This document shows positions 27,042 through 36,377 of a stretch of 64,000 nucleotides of DNA, piece after piece (position 1 is the first letter of the stretch; the number at the start of each line of letters is the position of its first letter). The stretch comes from an uncultured Candidatus Saccharibacteria bacterium (GTDB taxonomy: Bacteria > Patescibacteriota > Saccharimonadia > Saccharimonadales > JAGQNJ01): positions 322,208-386,207 of the forward strand of contig OZ246406.1 of NCBI GenBank assembly GCA_965231045.1, written 5' to 3'. Both the position numbers and the translations under genes were made by a program. The notes beneath the pieces were generated by a model, which saw nothing but the letters and a program-made list of their open reading frames with translations, had not been told where the DNA came from and did not search any database.

Positions 27042-27539
27042 ATGGCTCAATTTAGTTTTGATATTGTATCCGAATATGACAAGGCGGAGATGAACAATGT
27101 TTTCGACCAAGTACAACGAGAAATCACCGCTCGTTATGACTTTAAGGGCACTCCCGCAAGTATTGAATGGTTAAATGCCGAAAAAACTGGTCTTAAGATT
27201 ACTGGCAATAGCGATTATCAGATTGATGCAATCCTTGATATTGTGCGCAAAAAACTCGCAGCCAGAAATCAAAGCCAAAAAGTTTTGGACGTGACAAAAG
27301 AAGCTAGTACAAATAATGTGCAAACCACTAAGGAAGTGCCGTTCCTGCGGGGTCTTGATCAAGAAAAGACCAAACAAATTACTAGGCTAATCAGGGACAA
27401 AACGCCAAAGGTTAAAACTCAAATTCAGGGCGAGGAAGTGCGCATTACTAGTGGTAGCAAAGATGACCTCCAGGCTGTTATGCAACTAATAAAATCACAA
27501 GATTTCGACTTTCCAATCAACTTCACTAACTTCCGCTAA
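27042..27539 (+). CDS. yajQ: YajQ-family nucleotide-binding protein (UPF0234)
   Basis: SFDIVSEYDKAEMNNVFDQVQREITARYDFKGT is the family signature N-terminus. 165 aa. Confidence 0.88.
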   Translation: MAQFSFDIVSEYDKAEMNNVFDQVQREITARYDFKGTPASIEWLNAEKTGLKITGNSDYQIDAILDIVRKKLAARNQSQKVLDVTKEASTNNVQTTKEVPFLRGLDQEKTKQITRLIRDKTPKVKTQIQGEEVRITSGSKDDLQAVMQLIKSQDFDFPINFTNFR

Positions 27540-28033
27540 GAAATATGCCACGTTTTAGATAGCAAATATTCCAAACCAAGGCTCATAAGTCCAATGCTAA
27601 TAACAATCAATTCGCTCAGTAAAAAACCGGGCCTTATATTATCAAACACAACCTGAGCAATAACAATAACCGCCAGCCAACCCCCAACCAAGGCAGTAAT
27701 TTTTGTAACTTGCCAGGTTTTCTCACTCTCCCCAAACAACCGTGAGATGTGCAATAGCAGTCTTTTCACAAACCAGGCGATAAAAATCCATAGTCCTGAT
27801 GATAGTAGAAGCCAAAATACAATCTGGATAAAACCAATATCGAGCTGCTCGAACTGGACGTTACCAGACGGCAAGCTGAAGGTGCCGTCGTTGCTGTAAC
27901 TAATGCTTAGCTCAAAAATAATTGTGATTACAAATACCCATGGTACAAAAGTCAACAAGTAACCAGGTAACCCGGCTATAAAAATAATCAAACGTTTATA
28001 TAATGCCATGTTTGTGTTCGCATTCTTTGACAT
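27536..28033 (-). CDS. integral membrane protein, unknown function
   Basis: About 4 TM helices. I prefer the start MSKNANT (28033) or MALYKRL (28009). The track start 28075 would overlap the divergent gene. Confidence 0.5.
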   Translation of the reverse strand: MSKNANTNMALYKRLIIFIAGLPGYLLTFVPWVFVITIIFELSISYSNDGTFSLPSGNVQFEQLDIGFIQIVFWLLLSSGLWIFIAWFVKRLLLHISRLFGESEKTWQVTKITALVGGWLAVIVIAQVVFDNIRPGFLLSELIVISIGLMSLGLEYLLSKTWHIS

Positions 28034-28068
28034 GGTTGCAGTATAATGTAACCATAAGCAAAAAACCA

Positions 28069-29406
28069 ATGTCAAACACAGATAAACCCACGAATGAAAA
28101 TGACCTCGTAGATCAATCTATTGCTATTTTAGCCGAAAATGACAGAGGTGACTATACCGTCCCAGCCCACGGGCTCTATCCGCACCAATGGCTTTGGGAT
28201 AGCTGTTTTATTGCTGTTGGTATGCGCCATTATGATGTTGAGCGGGCTCAAACTGAAGTCGTAAGTTTACTCCGCGGACAGTGGAGCAACGGGATGCTGC
28301 CAAACATGATTCTAAGTAAAGGTCGCTCTAGTAAGCACACCACCGAAATGTGGCGCAGCCAAGTATCGCCGCTAGCACCAGACAATGTTGATACAAGTGG
28401 CATTACCCAGCCACCTATGTTGGCAGAGGCAATTGTACGTATTGGTGAAAAATTGCCAGCCACCGAACGTAGAAGTTGGTATCAAAAGGTTTACCCTGCC
28501 CTACTTGCATATCATCAATGGCTCTATGATGAGCGTGACCCACATGGCGAAGGATTAGTACTACAAATTCATCCTTGGGAGACCGGGCTCGACAACACTC
28601 CACCTTGGATGTACGAACTTCACGAGCACTTACTGCCTTTTTGGATACGGGCCGTTCATAAGCTGCGTGTTGATAGTCTAATTACACTATTTCGTAAAGA
28701 TCGGCGTTATGCCTTACCAGGTGAACGTCTAAGCACGGTGGATGGTTTAGCCCTATACAGCATTCAAAGACGCCTAAGACGTAAGTCTTATGACATACAC
28801 CGAATACTCACTCATTCTATGCTAAGTATTGAGGATCTAAGTTTTAATTGCATTCTTATAAGGGCTAATAATCATTTGTCTAAGATAGCCAAAACTATTG
28901 ATAAAGACCTTCCCGAGCCCTTGGTTTTGTCGATGAAAAAAACTAAGAATGCCCTGGAACAACTTTGGGATGCCTATACTGGGCAGTATTATTCGCGTAA
29001 CTTTGCAACACATAAGCTTATAAAAGTACCGAGTATTGCTACGCTTTTGCCGTTATATGCAGGCAGCGTAACAGACGAGCGAGCTGAACATTTGGTAAAG
29101 TTGTTTCGCAATCAACACATGTTTGCAACAAAGTTCCCAGTGCCAACCGTCCCTGTTAACTCCGAATGGTTTAAGCCAACCGTTTACTGGCAAGGGCCGA
29201 CCTGGGTCAATATGAATTGGCTAATTATTGATGGTCTAAATCGCTATGGTTTTGAAAAAGATGCTGAAAAATTACGCGATCAAACAATTAAGATGATCCA
29301 AGAGCATGGTTTTAGTGAATATTTTTCTCCGCTGGATGGCAAGCCAGCTGGCGTCATGAATTTCTCCTGGACGGCAGCGCTTACCATAGACTTATTAAAT
29401 CAATAA
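28069..29406 (+). CDS. GH63-like glycoside hydrolase (mannosyl-/glucosylglycerate hydrolase or amylo-alpha-1,6-glucosidase-like)
   Basis: HGLYPHQWLWDSCFIAVG, GITQPPML, IHPWETGLDNTP and WQGPTWVNMNW are (alpha/alpha)6-barrel GH63/GH15-clan motifs. Start taken at MSNTDK. Confidence 0.72.
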   Translation: MSNTDKPTNENDLVDQSIAILAENDRGDYTVPAHGLYPHQWLWDSCFIAVGMRHYDVERAQTEVVSLLRGQWSNGMLPNMILSKGRSSKHTTEMWRSQVSPLAPDNVDTSGITQPPMLAEAIVRIGEKLPATERRSWYQKVYPALLAYHQWLYDERDPHGEGLVLQIHPWETGLDNTPPWMYELHEHLLPFWIRAVHKLRVDSLITLFRKDRRYALPGERLSTVDGLALYSIQRRLRRKSYDIHRILTHSMLSIEDLSFNCILIRANNHLSKIAKTIDKDLPEPLVLSMKKTKNALEQLWDAYTGQYYSRNFATHKLIKVPSIATLLPLYAGSVTDERAEHLVKLFRNQHMFATKFPVPTVPVNSEWFKPTVYWQGPTWVNMNWLIIDGLNRYGFEKDAEKLRDQTIKMIQEHGFSEYFSPLDGKPAGVMNFSWTAALTIDLLNQ

Positions 29407-30582
29407 CTAGAAATCAGCCAGGCGATTGCCTTTTCGCCAGGTTTTAACAGCCCATTTATAGGGTTCAAAATTTTCAAAAATTTCAAGATCGGCCCGTCGC
29501 CTAAAGATCCAGGCTCTTGTACCGCTCCATTTGTGCTTTTGGCTTTGCATAACAGCCCACTTACCACCAACTGGGACTACATATGTTGGGTGTAAAACTC
29601 GATAATCAATCGGGTCTTTGCCATTGGATACTTTTATAAGATTGCGCGTTACAAATTTTGCATCATGTAGCGCAGTTTGTGCCATGCCACTAAATGGCGT
29701 TGAGGCATTGTCGCCGATAACAAATATATCCTTATGTCCTTCGGCACGTAAAAACTCATCCACTTTTACACGCCCATGTTCCATATTGAAAATCTTTGGT
29801 TGATTGCCATAAAAATCAATTACTCTATTACCGGCCGTCCAAACGATAAGATCGGCATCAACATCGCCGCCTGCTAGACAGACCTTGCCTTCTTCACATG
29901 AATTTACCCTGGTGTTAAGCCTAAGCTCAACACCCAGATCATGGAGACGCTTGTATGCACGTGCCGACAGCACTGGGTCAAACATCGGTAGAACCCTATC
30001 TGTACCTTCGATTAGCACAACTTTAGGATGGACAACATGAGTACCGTACTTTCGAGCCACACGCCGAGCATAGTTTTGTATCTCTCCAGCCAGCTCAACT
30101 CCAGACGGGCCCGCTCCAACAATTGCGATTGTCGTATCATCTTCTTTTTTAAAAATTTCTGTCATACGGTTACGAAGCATAATCGTTTGAGAGATAGTGC
30201 ACATACAGAATGAGTTTTCTTCCATGCCTTCTATGCCAAAGTAATTAATTGTATTACCCATGGATAATATGGCCACGTCATAACGATAAGTGTTGCCTAC
30301 TTCACTTCTAATAAAATGCCCTTTGGGGTCAATCGATGCCGCACTATCAAGTACAAACGTAACGTTTTTGGCTCGATGCAGAATATCTTTAATAGGTATA
30401 ACCACCTCCATTGGTGAATGCCCAGTTGCCGATCGATATAACGCCCCATGATATTCAAAGTTTGGTGACTGACTAATAAGTATTACCTCGAAATGTGGCT
30501 TATTAGCTAACTCTAGTGCAGCTTTCACGCCACCAAAGCCGCCACCAACAATAACCACGCGAGTTTTTTCACTCTTTTTCAT
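29407..30582 (-). CDS. ndh: type II NADH dehydrogenase / FAD-dependent pyridine nucleotide-disulfide oxidoreductase
   Basis: Two dinucleotide folds: VVIVGGGFGGVKAA and IAIVGAGPSGVELAGE. Also VIGDNA. Confidence 0.82.
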   Translation of the reverse strand: MKKSEKTRVVIVGGGFGGVKAALELANKPHFEVILISQSPNFEYHGALYRSATGHSPMEVVIPIKDILHRAKNVTFVLDSAASIDPKGHFIRSEVGNTYRYDVAILSMGNTINYFGIEGMEENSFCMCTISQTIMLRNRMTEIFKKEDDTTIAIVGAGPSGVELAGEIQNYARRVARKYGTHVVHPKVVLIEGTDRVLPMFDPVLSARAYKRLHDLGVELRLNTRVNSCEEGKVCLAGGDVDADLIVWTAGNRVIDFYGNQPKIFNMEHGRVKVDEFLRAEGHKDIFVIGDNASTPFSGMAQTALHDAKFVTRNLIKVSNGKDPIDYRVLHPTYVVPVGGKWAVMQSQKHKWSGTRAWIFRRRADLEIFENFEPYKWAVKTWRKGNRLADF

Positions 30583-30603
30583 GCTTAAGCTTAGTATAGC
30601 AAA

Positions 30604-31671
30604 TTATTCTTCTTGAGCCGGCTTGTCTATCAGCAAAGTGTCGATTTTAGTTTCTCCACCACCAATTTTGACTATGTCTTTATCGATCTTACCTAATTCT
30701 TTACTGGCATTATTGTAATGACCAACCGTTGCACTTAGTGAATTGCCGATTTTCTTGTAATAAGCATCGTATGCCAGTAGATGCTTTTGTAATTGTTCGA
30801 TGTTCTTCCGTATAACTTCAGTATCCTTTTGGATTTCAAAGCTCTTAAGCCCCTGGCCAATTACCTGAAGCATTGCTGCCAAAGTACTAGGACCAACTAT
30901 TGAGACATGTTTATCTACGGCAGCGTATTGCATTAGATCACGCCCTGATACACCAGACTCACCAACTTTATTGGCCAACAAGTCATAATAAATTGCTTCA
31001 CTCGGTATAAACATCAAGGCCTGATCTAGCGTGCCCTTTTTGGTCTGAATATACTTACTAGTTTCATCAATTCGACGCTTTAAGTCTTCTTTGAAGGCTT
31101 TTTCAAGACTTTTGCGCTGATCGCCCTTTGCTTCTACCAGGCGATTGTAGTTTTCTAGGCTAAACTTGCTATCAATCGGTAGGATTTTATCACCCATAAT
31201 AATTGCCGCATCAACGATCAACCCATCGCCAATTTTGTATTGAAGTTTATATGAGCCGGGTGGCAGCATATTCTCAAGTATTTGGGTTAAATAAAACTCG
31301 CCGAGAACACCGCGTTGCTTGGGGTTTTGCAGAACATTTTGTAGTGACTTTAACTCAGTCGCTATATCGCCAACCTGACGGTTGGTTTTATCAAGTTCAG
31401 TAAGCTTTTGTGTAACATCACGAATTATCTTAGCGCTGGCCTGGTATTGACGAGCCATTTGTTCGTTACTCTTGTCTAGTCGTTGTGTAAGGTGATCTTT
31501 TAGCCCATCATTCAGCTTTTGCAAGCCTTCATTGAGCATATTCATGTCTTGTTTTAATAAACTCGTAGCCGAGCTGTCTTTTAGCTCCTTAATTTTTTGG
31601 GTTAACACAATAACAACAGCAATGAAGCCTAAAATAACTGCCGCTAAAATTATAATCCCCGTCTTATCCAT
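30604..31671 (-). CDS. rmuC: DNA recombination protein RmuC
   Basis: N-terminal TM helix, long coiled coil, then an RmuC nuclease-like domain (QRGVLGEFYLTQILENMLP...VDAAI...IDSKF). Confidence 0.85.
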   Translation of the reverse strand: MDKTGIIILAAVILGFIAVVIVLTQKIKELKDSSATSLLKQDMNMLNEGLQKLNDGLKDHLTQRLDKSNEQMARQYQASAKIIRDVTQKLTELDKTNRQVGDIATELKSLQNVLQNPKQRGVLGEFYLTQILENMLPPGSYKLQYKIGDGLIVDAAIIMGDKILPIDSKFSLENYNRLVEAKGDQRKSLEKAFKEDLKRRIDETSKYIQTKKGTLDQALMFIPSEAIYYDLLANKVGESGVSGRDLMQYAAVDKHVSIVGPSTLAAMLQVIGQGLKSFEIQKDTEVIRKNIEQLQKHLLAYDAYYKKIGNSLSATVGHYNNASKELGKIDKDIVKIGGGETKIDTLLIDKPAQEE

Positions 31672-31714
31672 AGCTATAATAATATTGTAACTGTTTAAAC
31701 TTGCTTATGCCAGG

Positions 31715-32497
31715 TTAGCCAATATACCGATGGGCTATAGCAATAACTGCGCCGACTGACAATGCGCCCAAAATCACCATAAGAATCTGCTCATCAAACA
31801 AATTTTGATCTTTACGTGATAATTTTATGCTCGGCATGATGTCACTGGCCCCAATGTAAATAAAGAATCCGGCCGTGGACCCCAGCAACCATGCTAAAAC
31901 AGTGCCGTTATTACTACCGGTGAAGAAGAATAATGCCGTCCCTACAATCGTGAAAATTATCGCTACGCCGTGGACTACTATAACGCCGCGGCGTTTCATG
32001 CCACGCGATAAAAAATATCCCGAGTCAGCAATTTCTCTTGGTATTTCATGTAGCGCAACGGCAATTGTCGTAATAATTCCGGCACTCGAACTTACCAAAA
32101 AAGCCGCAGCGATTGCCGCTCCATCAATAAAATTATGTAACCAGTTACCAGCAGCTGCCAGAGCAACAACAGGCTCCGCTTTATCATGATCGTGCTTGTC
32201 GTCAAAGGCCTCTTTACTGTGATGGTGAAACCAGTGTAAAACCCCATCTAATACAAAGAAAAATATTAACCCAATCAGTGCCGCCAGCAAAACTATAAAT
32301 GCTTGGTGATTTTGGACACCATCGTACAAAAAGTCCAAAAAAGCTGCTGAGAGCAAGGCCCCGGCTGCAAAAGGAGTGGCATAACGAACAAGTCCTTTTA
32401 TTAATCCCTTATGCGTTAAGAACACCGCAGCAGATAAAAAGACCAGTATGTCACCAATCAACGAGACCATAAGCACTACTGGGAGAGTTGCTTTCAT
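31715..32497 (-). CDS. zupT: ZIP-family divalent metal (zinc) transporter
   Basis: WLHNFIDGAAIAAAF and ALHEIPREIADS ZIP signature helices. His-rich loop WFHHHSKEAFDDKHDHDK. Confidence 0.85.
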   Translation of the reverse strand: MKATLPVVLMVSLIGDILVFLSAAVFLTHKGLIKGLVRYATPFAAGALLSAAFLDFLYDGVQNHQAFIVLLAALIGLIFFFVLDGVLHWFHHHSKEAFDDKHDHDKAEPVVALAAAGNWLHNFIDGAAIAAAFLVSSSAGIITTIAVALHEIPREIADSGYFLSRGMKRRGVIVVHGVAIIFTIVGTALFFFTGSNNGTVLAWLLGSTAGFFIYIGASDIMPSIKLSRKDQNLFDEQILMVILGALSVGAVIAIAHRYIG

Positions 32498-32510
32498 AGC
32501 AATAGAATAC

Positions 32511-32562
32511 GCTTAAGCAAACTATATTTGCAAATTTGTCGCAATTTATGTTATGTTTGCAA
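32511..32562. promoter_or_regulatory. palindrome-dense divergent control region (candidate Fur/Zur operator)
   Basis: GCTTAAGC (32511-18), ATTTGCAAAT (32526-35), CAAATTTG (32531-38) and a further TTTGCAA (32556-62) abutting the regulator ATG. Confidence 0.4.
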
Positions 32563-32563
32563 C

Positions 32564-32989
32564 ATGAGTAGCACTTCTGATGCATTCGAGAAACACCTCA
32601 AAAACGCTGGTTATAGCTTAACTTCAGCGCGAAAAAAAGTATTTGGTGGACTTGAGTCACATGAGCCACAAACTGTGAACGAACTGGTTAAAAGATTAGC
32701 AGGCCAAGTTGATCGTGCCAGTGTCTATCGAACAATAGCCCTATTTGAAAAATTAGGTGTAGTCCAGAGACTGCAGATGGGTTGGAAGTATAAACTTGAA
32801 CTTTCGGATTTGTTTAATTATCACCATCATCATATTACTTGTAGCAATTGTGGTAAGATCGTACCGCTACGCGAAGACGTTTTACTTGAGTCAGCCATTG
32901 ATTCTGTGGCTCAGGAATATGGATTTTCAACCGTTCGTCATCAGCTAGAAATCCAAGGTATATGCAAAGACTGTAAAAAAACCGCTTAA
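32564..32989 (+). CDS. Fur-family transcriptional regulator (Zur-like by context)
   Basis: Winged-helix SVYRTIALFEKLGVV, HHHHITCSNCGK and CKDC metal sites. Divergent from the ZIP transporter. Start taken at MSSTSD. Confidence 0.85.
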   Translation: MSSTSDAFEKHLKNAGYSLTSARKKVFGGLESHEPQTVNELVKRLAGQVDRASVYRTIALFEKLGVVQRLQMGWKYKLELSDLFNYHHHHITCSNCGKIVPLREDVLLESAIDSVAQEYGFSTVRHQLEIQGICKDCKKTA

Positions 32990-32997
32990 AAAACATG

Positions 32998-33023
32998 AGA
33001 CCCTGATGGTGATACCAGGGTCT
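32998..33023. terminator. bidirectional intrinsic terminator hairpin
   Basis: AGACCCTG-n10-CAGGGTCT. A-run before it and (on the minus strand) a TTTTTT run after it. Lies between convergent genes. Confidence 0.7.
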
Positions 33024-33081
33024 ATTGGAAGCCTCACACTTCCACTATTTAGCATAAGCCAGATAGTGGGACGTGACAAGT

Positions 33082-33864
33082 CTAGACATTTTGGTCTTTA
33101 AATGCGCTCTTAAGTGTTTCGCGTGCTTGTTTCATAGTTGTTTCAAATGCTTTGTCTGCTGCCTTGAAAGCGTCGTTACGAGTTTTTATGAACTGCTTAA
33201 TATTGTCAGACACCTTGGCGTCACTCTTACGCTCATTCTTATAGTTTTCCCGAGCTTTTTCTAGATCAGTTTTTAGCTGTTCCCGAATTTTCTCTCCATT
33301 TGTTGGATTTGAATTACATGAGGCTTGTGCCGTTGCTATTGCCTGATTTACCGCTGCCTTAAAAGCAGCTGTTTGGCTATCAATAGTTGACTGCTTGTTG
33401 CTAATTGACGCCTTGATGCTAGCCCTATAGGTTACTCGAGCAGCATCATACGCAGCACGCCGGGTTTTTACGGCTGCCAATACAGTTGTCTCATAAGTTT
33501 TAACGGCAGTCTTCTGTTGATCGGTGGTTGCTTTGCTTTCGAGTTTAGAAAAGTTATCTTGTCTTTGTTTATCCCATTTTTCACGACTCTGAGAAATTTC
33601 TTGATCCCACTTAGAAACATCCGTAGAAATTTTACTCTTCTCATCACTCTCTTTTTCTTTATATTTAGAATCTAGTTTAGTAATTTCAGTGGTAAATTTT
33701 GAGGTATTTGACTGAAGCTTTGTACAAAATGATGATAGTTCGGCTGATTTATCCTTAACCACTGTTGTATCGGTAGCTCCCACGGGAGCGGCAAACGCTA
33801 GAATGCCTCCAACCATTACGCTTAAGAGGCTAAACACATAAAGTCTATTAAAGGTTCGTTTCAT
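33082..33864 (-). CDS. secreted alpha-helical/coiled-coil protein (K/S/T/A-rich)
   Basis: Signal peptide MKRTFNRLYVFSLLSVMVGGILAFAAPVGA then about 230 aa of helical low-complexity sequence with two Cys. Overlaps the upstream pilin-like gene by 17 nt. Confidence 0.65.
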   Translation of the reverse strand: MKRTFNRLYVFSLLSVMVGGILAFAAPVGATDTTVVKDKSAELSSFCTKLQSNTSKFTTEITKLDSKYKEKESDEKSKISTDVSKWDQEISQSREKWDKQRQDNFSKLESKATTDQQKTAVKTYETTVLAAVKTRRAAYDAARVTYRASIKASISNKQSTIDSQTAAFKAAVNQAIATAQASCNSNPTNGEKIREQLKTDLEKARENYKNERKSDAKVSDNIKQFIKTRNDAFKAADKAFETTMKQARETLKSAFKDQNV

Positions 33865-34180
33865 TGTATGCCCCTCCTATATTGCTAGCTGCACTATTAG
33901 TATTGGCGGTACTAGAAGTTGTCGATGAATCATATTTATCGTTTATACTTTGCTCGTCTTTTGCATCACTTTGAGTTAGCTGATCAATGCTCTCAGTTGT
34001 GCCAGTTTTAGCAGTTTGAGTTTGTGTGGTTGCCTGAGTTGTTGTAGCTGAATTATTAGTGGTCGTTGTTTTGCGTTGTGTCATAACCCAGTAACCGACG
34101 CCTATAATAAGCCCGACTATAACTACGACAAGAAGTGCTTCAACGACGGTAAAGCCTTTGCTTGTTTTCATAAATTTCAT
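33848..34180 (-). CDS. prepilin-type N-terminal cleavage/methylation domain protein with S/T/N-rich tail
   Basis: Canonical class III signal KG/FTVVEALLVVVIVGLIIGVGYWV. The remaining about 70 aa are low-complexity (TTTTNNSATTTQATTQTQT...). Confidence 0.75.
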   Translation of the reverse strand: MKFMKTSKGFTVVEALLVVVIVGLIIGVGYWVMTQRKTTTTNNSATTTQATTQTQTAKTGTTESIDQLTQSDAKDEQSINDKYDSSTTSSTANTNSAASNIGGAYNETNL

Positions 34181-34223
34181 CTAGTTCCTTTCAAGTTTTT
34201 GTGTTTACTGTTACCACTTAAGC

Positions 34224-34856
34224 TTATATCTTCTTTTTTTCTCTGTAAAGATACCTGTTCATAAGTTGTTGATAAGTTACACCCACAAAAAGTCCGATTG
34301 CGAAACCACCAACTATATCGAGTGGGGCATGTAAACCTAAGTACATTCTAGAAAATGCCACCAGAAAAACCCATAAGATTAGTAACGGTCGGTACTTTTT
34401 CGGGACAATGAACCACAGAGTTGTTGCTAATGCTGTTGCCACAGCTGTATGCCCAGATGGAAATCCAGAGCCTGCCGCTACTTCATAACGCTGCGATATC
34501 CCTGGGACTATTCCACTGGGCCTAGTGCGAATGATTATTCCTTTGGCAAATATTGCAAGAATATATGCGCTTAATCCACTGGCCATTATCTCAAGTGCAA
34601 CTTTTTTGGTACTTTTGAGCAAAGCAACCAGACCAACAACACCCGCCGCCGCAATACTACCAGCCTGAGTTATGAAGTAAACCAACGGGCCGATTATTGT
34701 AGGTAGACCGTAGATATTAATGAGTATTTTTTGTTCCCAGCCAGGGAATGTCAAATTATGAGCTAACCAAAGAGTCACGTAGAACAAAGTCACACTAAAG
34801 CAGATTAATATAAGGGCGTTTTTGTCAGTTATCTTTCTGCGAGTCATTACCGTCAA
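34224..34856 (-). CDS. PAP2-family phosphatase (lipid phosphate / undecaprenyl-diphosphate phosphatase-like)
   Basis: KGIIIRTRPS (KxxxxxxRP), FPSGHT (PSGH) and SRMYLGLHAPLD (SRxxxxxHxxxD). Six TM helices. Confidence 0.85.
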   Translation of the reverse strand: MTVMTRRKITDKNALILICFSVTLFYVTLWLAHNLTFPGWEQKILINIYGLPTIIGPLVYFITQAGSIAAAGVVGLVALLKSTKKVALEIMASGLSAYILAIFAKGIIIRTRPSGIVPGISQRYEVAAGSGFPSGHTAVATALATTLWFIVPKKYRPLLILWVFLVAFSRMYLGLHAPLDIVGGFAIGLFVGVTYQQLMNRYLYREKKKI

Positions 34857-34866
34857 TCATACCTGC

Positions 34867-35430
34867 TTATGGCTTTGAAACAAAGTTGTTCCCCTTGATG
34901 TAAAATCGCCATGGCCGATCTGTATTCTGACTTATTCCAATGCGTGTAGTGGTGACAATGTCTTCAGCACTTACTGTTTCTCCGACTACCAATTGAAGTG
35001 GTGGTTTTGATAAATCATGCCCATTAAGATCTCGAGTAATCTTAAGTGCTTGGCACAGCTTTGCTGGGCCATTTGCAAGATGAACAATATTAGCCTGCTT
35101 TCGAAGAATCCGCATGTATTCAATGCCCTCAATAGGCTCCAATGCTCTTACTAAGACAGCGCTTCCTTCTCCAACTTTTCCAGTTACGATATTCATGCAA
35201 TAGTGCATGCCATAGGTAAAGTAGATGTATGCAAATCCACTCGGTCCAAACATGACTTTTGTTCTAGGTGTCACACCGCGGTAGCTATGGCTAGCCGCAT
35301 CCGTTTGGTCATAACATTCGGTCTCAACAATTCGTCCGATTAGTTGCTTGTCACCTATTTGTCTTATTAGCTTCCAGCCTAAAATTCTCTTAGCTACTAA
35401 CTCTGCTGATTGCCCTAAAACTTGGTCCAT
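34867..35430 (-). CDS. mpg: DNA-3-methyladenine glycosylase (MPG/AAG family)
   Basis: IVETECYDQTDAASHSYRG, MFGPSGFAYIYFTYGMHYCMNIV. Start taken at MDQVLGQ (35430). Confidence 0.88.
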   Translation of the reverse strand: MDQVLGQSAELVAKRILGWKLIRQIGDKQLIGRIVETECYDQTDAASHSYRGVTPRTKVMFGPSGFAYIYFTYGMHYCMNIVTGKVGEGSAVLVRALEPIEGIEYMRILRKQANIVHLANGPAKLCQALKITRDLNGHDLSKPPLQLVVGETVSAEDIVTTTRIGISQNTDRPWRFYIKGNNFVSKP

Positions 35431-35456
35431 TAATTGAATAGTAGCATATGTGCAGT

Positions 35457-35462
35457 TACACT
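35457..35462 (+). promoter_or_regulatory. -10-like TACACT 6 nt before the ATG (leaderless-type promoter)
   Basis: TACACT-taatgt-ATG(35469). No SD. Confidence 0.45.
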
Positions 35463-35468
35463 TAATGT

Positions 35469-36377
35469 ATGGCTCCGAACACTCCGGCAATACTAATCAA
35501 AGATCTTAGCAAGCAGTATGCTGCTAATGAACCATTTGCACTTAAGAAGTTAAATTTACAAGTTAAACAAGGCGAGGTATATGGTTTTCTGGGGCCGAAT
35601 GGCGCTGGTAAATCAACTACAATCCGGCTACTACTTAACTTTATACAACCGACCAGCGGTACGGCCACAATCGAGGGAAATGATATCGTAAAGGACACCG
35701 TTAAAGTCAGGGGGCGCATTGGATATCTATCAGGCGACTTCGCCGCATACCCTAAAATGACCGGAGAACAATTCTTGAAGTACATGGGTGAATTACAACC
35801 CTTGAAGCGCCCGTCATACAAACAAGAACTTGCGAAACTATTTAGAATTGACCTGTCAAAAAGTATTGGGTCGCTCTCAAAGGGGAATCGACAAAAACTG
35901 GGGATTATCCAAGCTCTCATGCATGAGCCAGACATTCTTATACTTGACGAACCAACAGACGGAATTGACCCACTAATGCAAGAAGAGTTTTATAAACTTA
36001 TACGAGAGTATAAGAATCGTGGCGTAACAGTATTTGTTAGTAGTCATAATCTACCTGAGGTGCGCAAAATGTGTGACCGAGTAGGCATCATTAAGAATGG
36101 TGTTTTAGTTAGCGAAAGTACGATTGCAGAGCTCGAAGAAGAAGCTGCCCAGACTTTTTATGTTACCTTTAAACAACGCCCTCCTCTCTCCGAACTAAAA
36201 AAGCTTAAAAAATTGAAGATTACTTCTGCAGAAGACAATAAAGTAAGTCTACACGTCCACGGCGAACTTAAGCCTCTGCTTGCTGTTTTGGCAAAAGCTG
36301 ATGTAACCTCACTTTCTACACGCGAACTTGATCTTGAGGAAGAATTTATGCGTTACTATGAGGCGGTCAACAAATGA
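35469..36377 (+). CDS. ABC transporter ATP-binding protein (ABC-2 type)
   Basis: Walker A GPNGAGKST, signature LSKGNRQKL, Walker B ILILDEPTDG. Confidence 0.93.
   Translation: MAPNTPAILIKDLSKQYAANEPFALKKLNLQVKQGEVYGFLGPNGAGKSTTIRLLLNFIQPTSGTATIEGNDIVKDTVKVRGRIGYLSGDFAAYPKMTGEQFLKYMGELQPLKRPSYKQELAKLFRIDLSKSIGSLSKGNRQKLGIIQALMHEPDILILDEPTDGIDPLMQEEFYKLIREYKNRGVTVFVSSHNLPEVRKMCDRVGIIKNGVLVSESTIAELEEEAAQTFYVTFKQRPPLSELKKLKKLKITSAEDNKVSLHVHGELKPLLAVLAKADVTSLSTRELDLEEEFMRYYEAVNK

Noticed and set aside
28003-28068. Upstream extension of the GH63-like gene and the 28075 start of the facing membrane protein
   Set aside because: The extensions would make two divergent genes overlap by 73 nt. The internal starts (28069; 28033 or 28009) remove the conflict, and a TATAAT box lies in between.
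35462-35935. 157-aa minus-strand ORF
   Set aside because: It is fully antisense to the ABC ATPase gene, whose Walker A, signature and Walker B motifs are unambiguous. It is an antisense shadow ORF.
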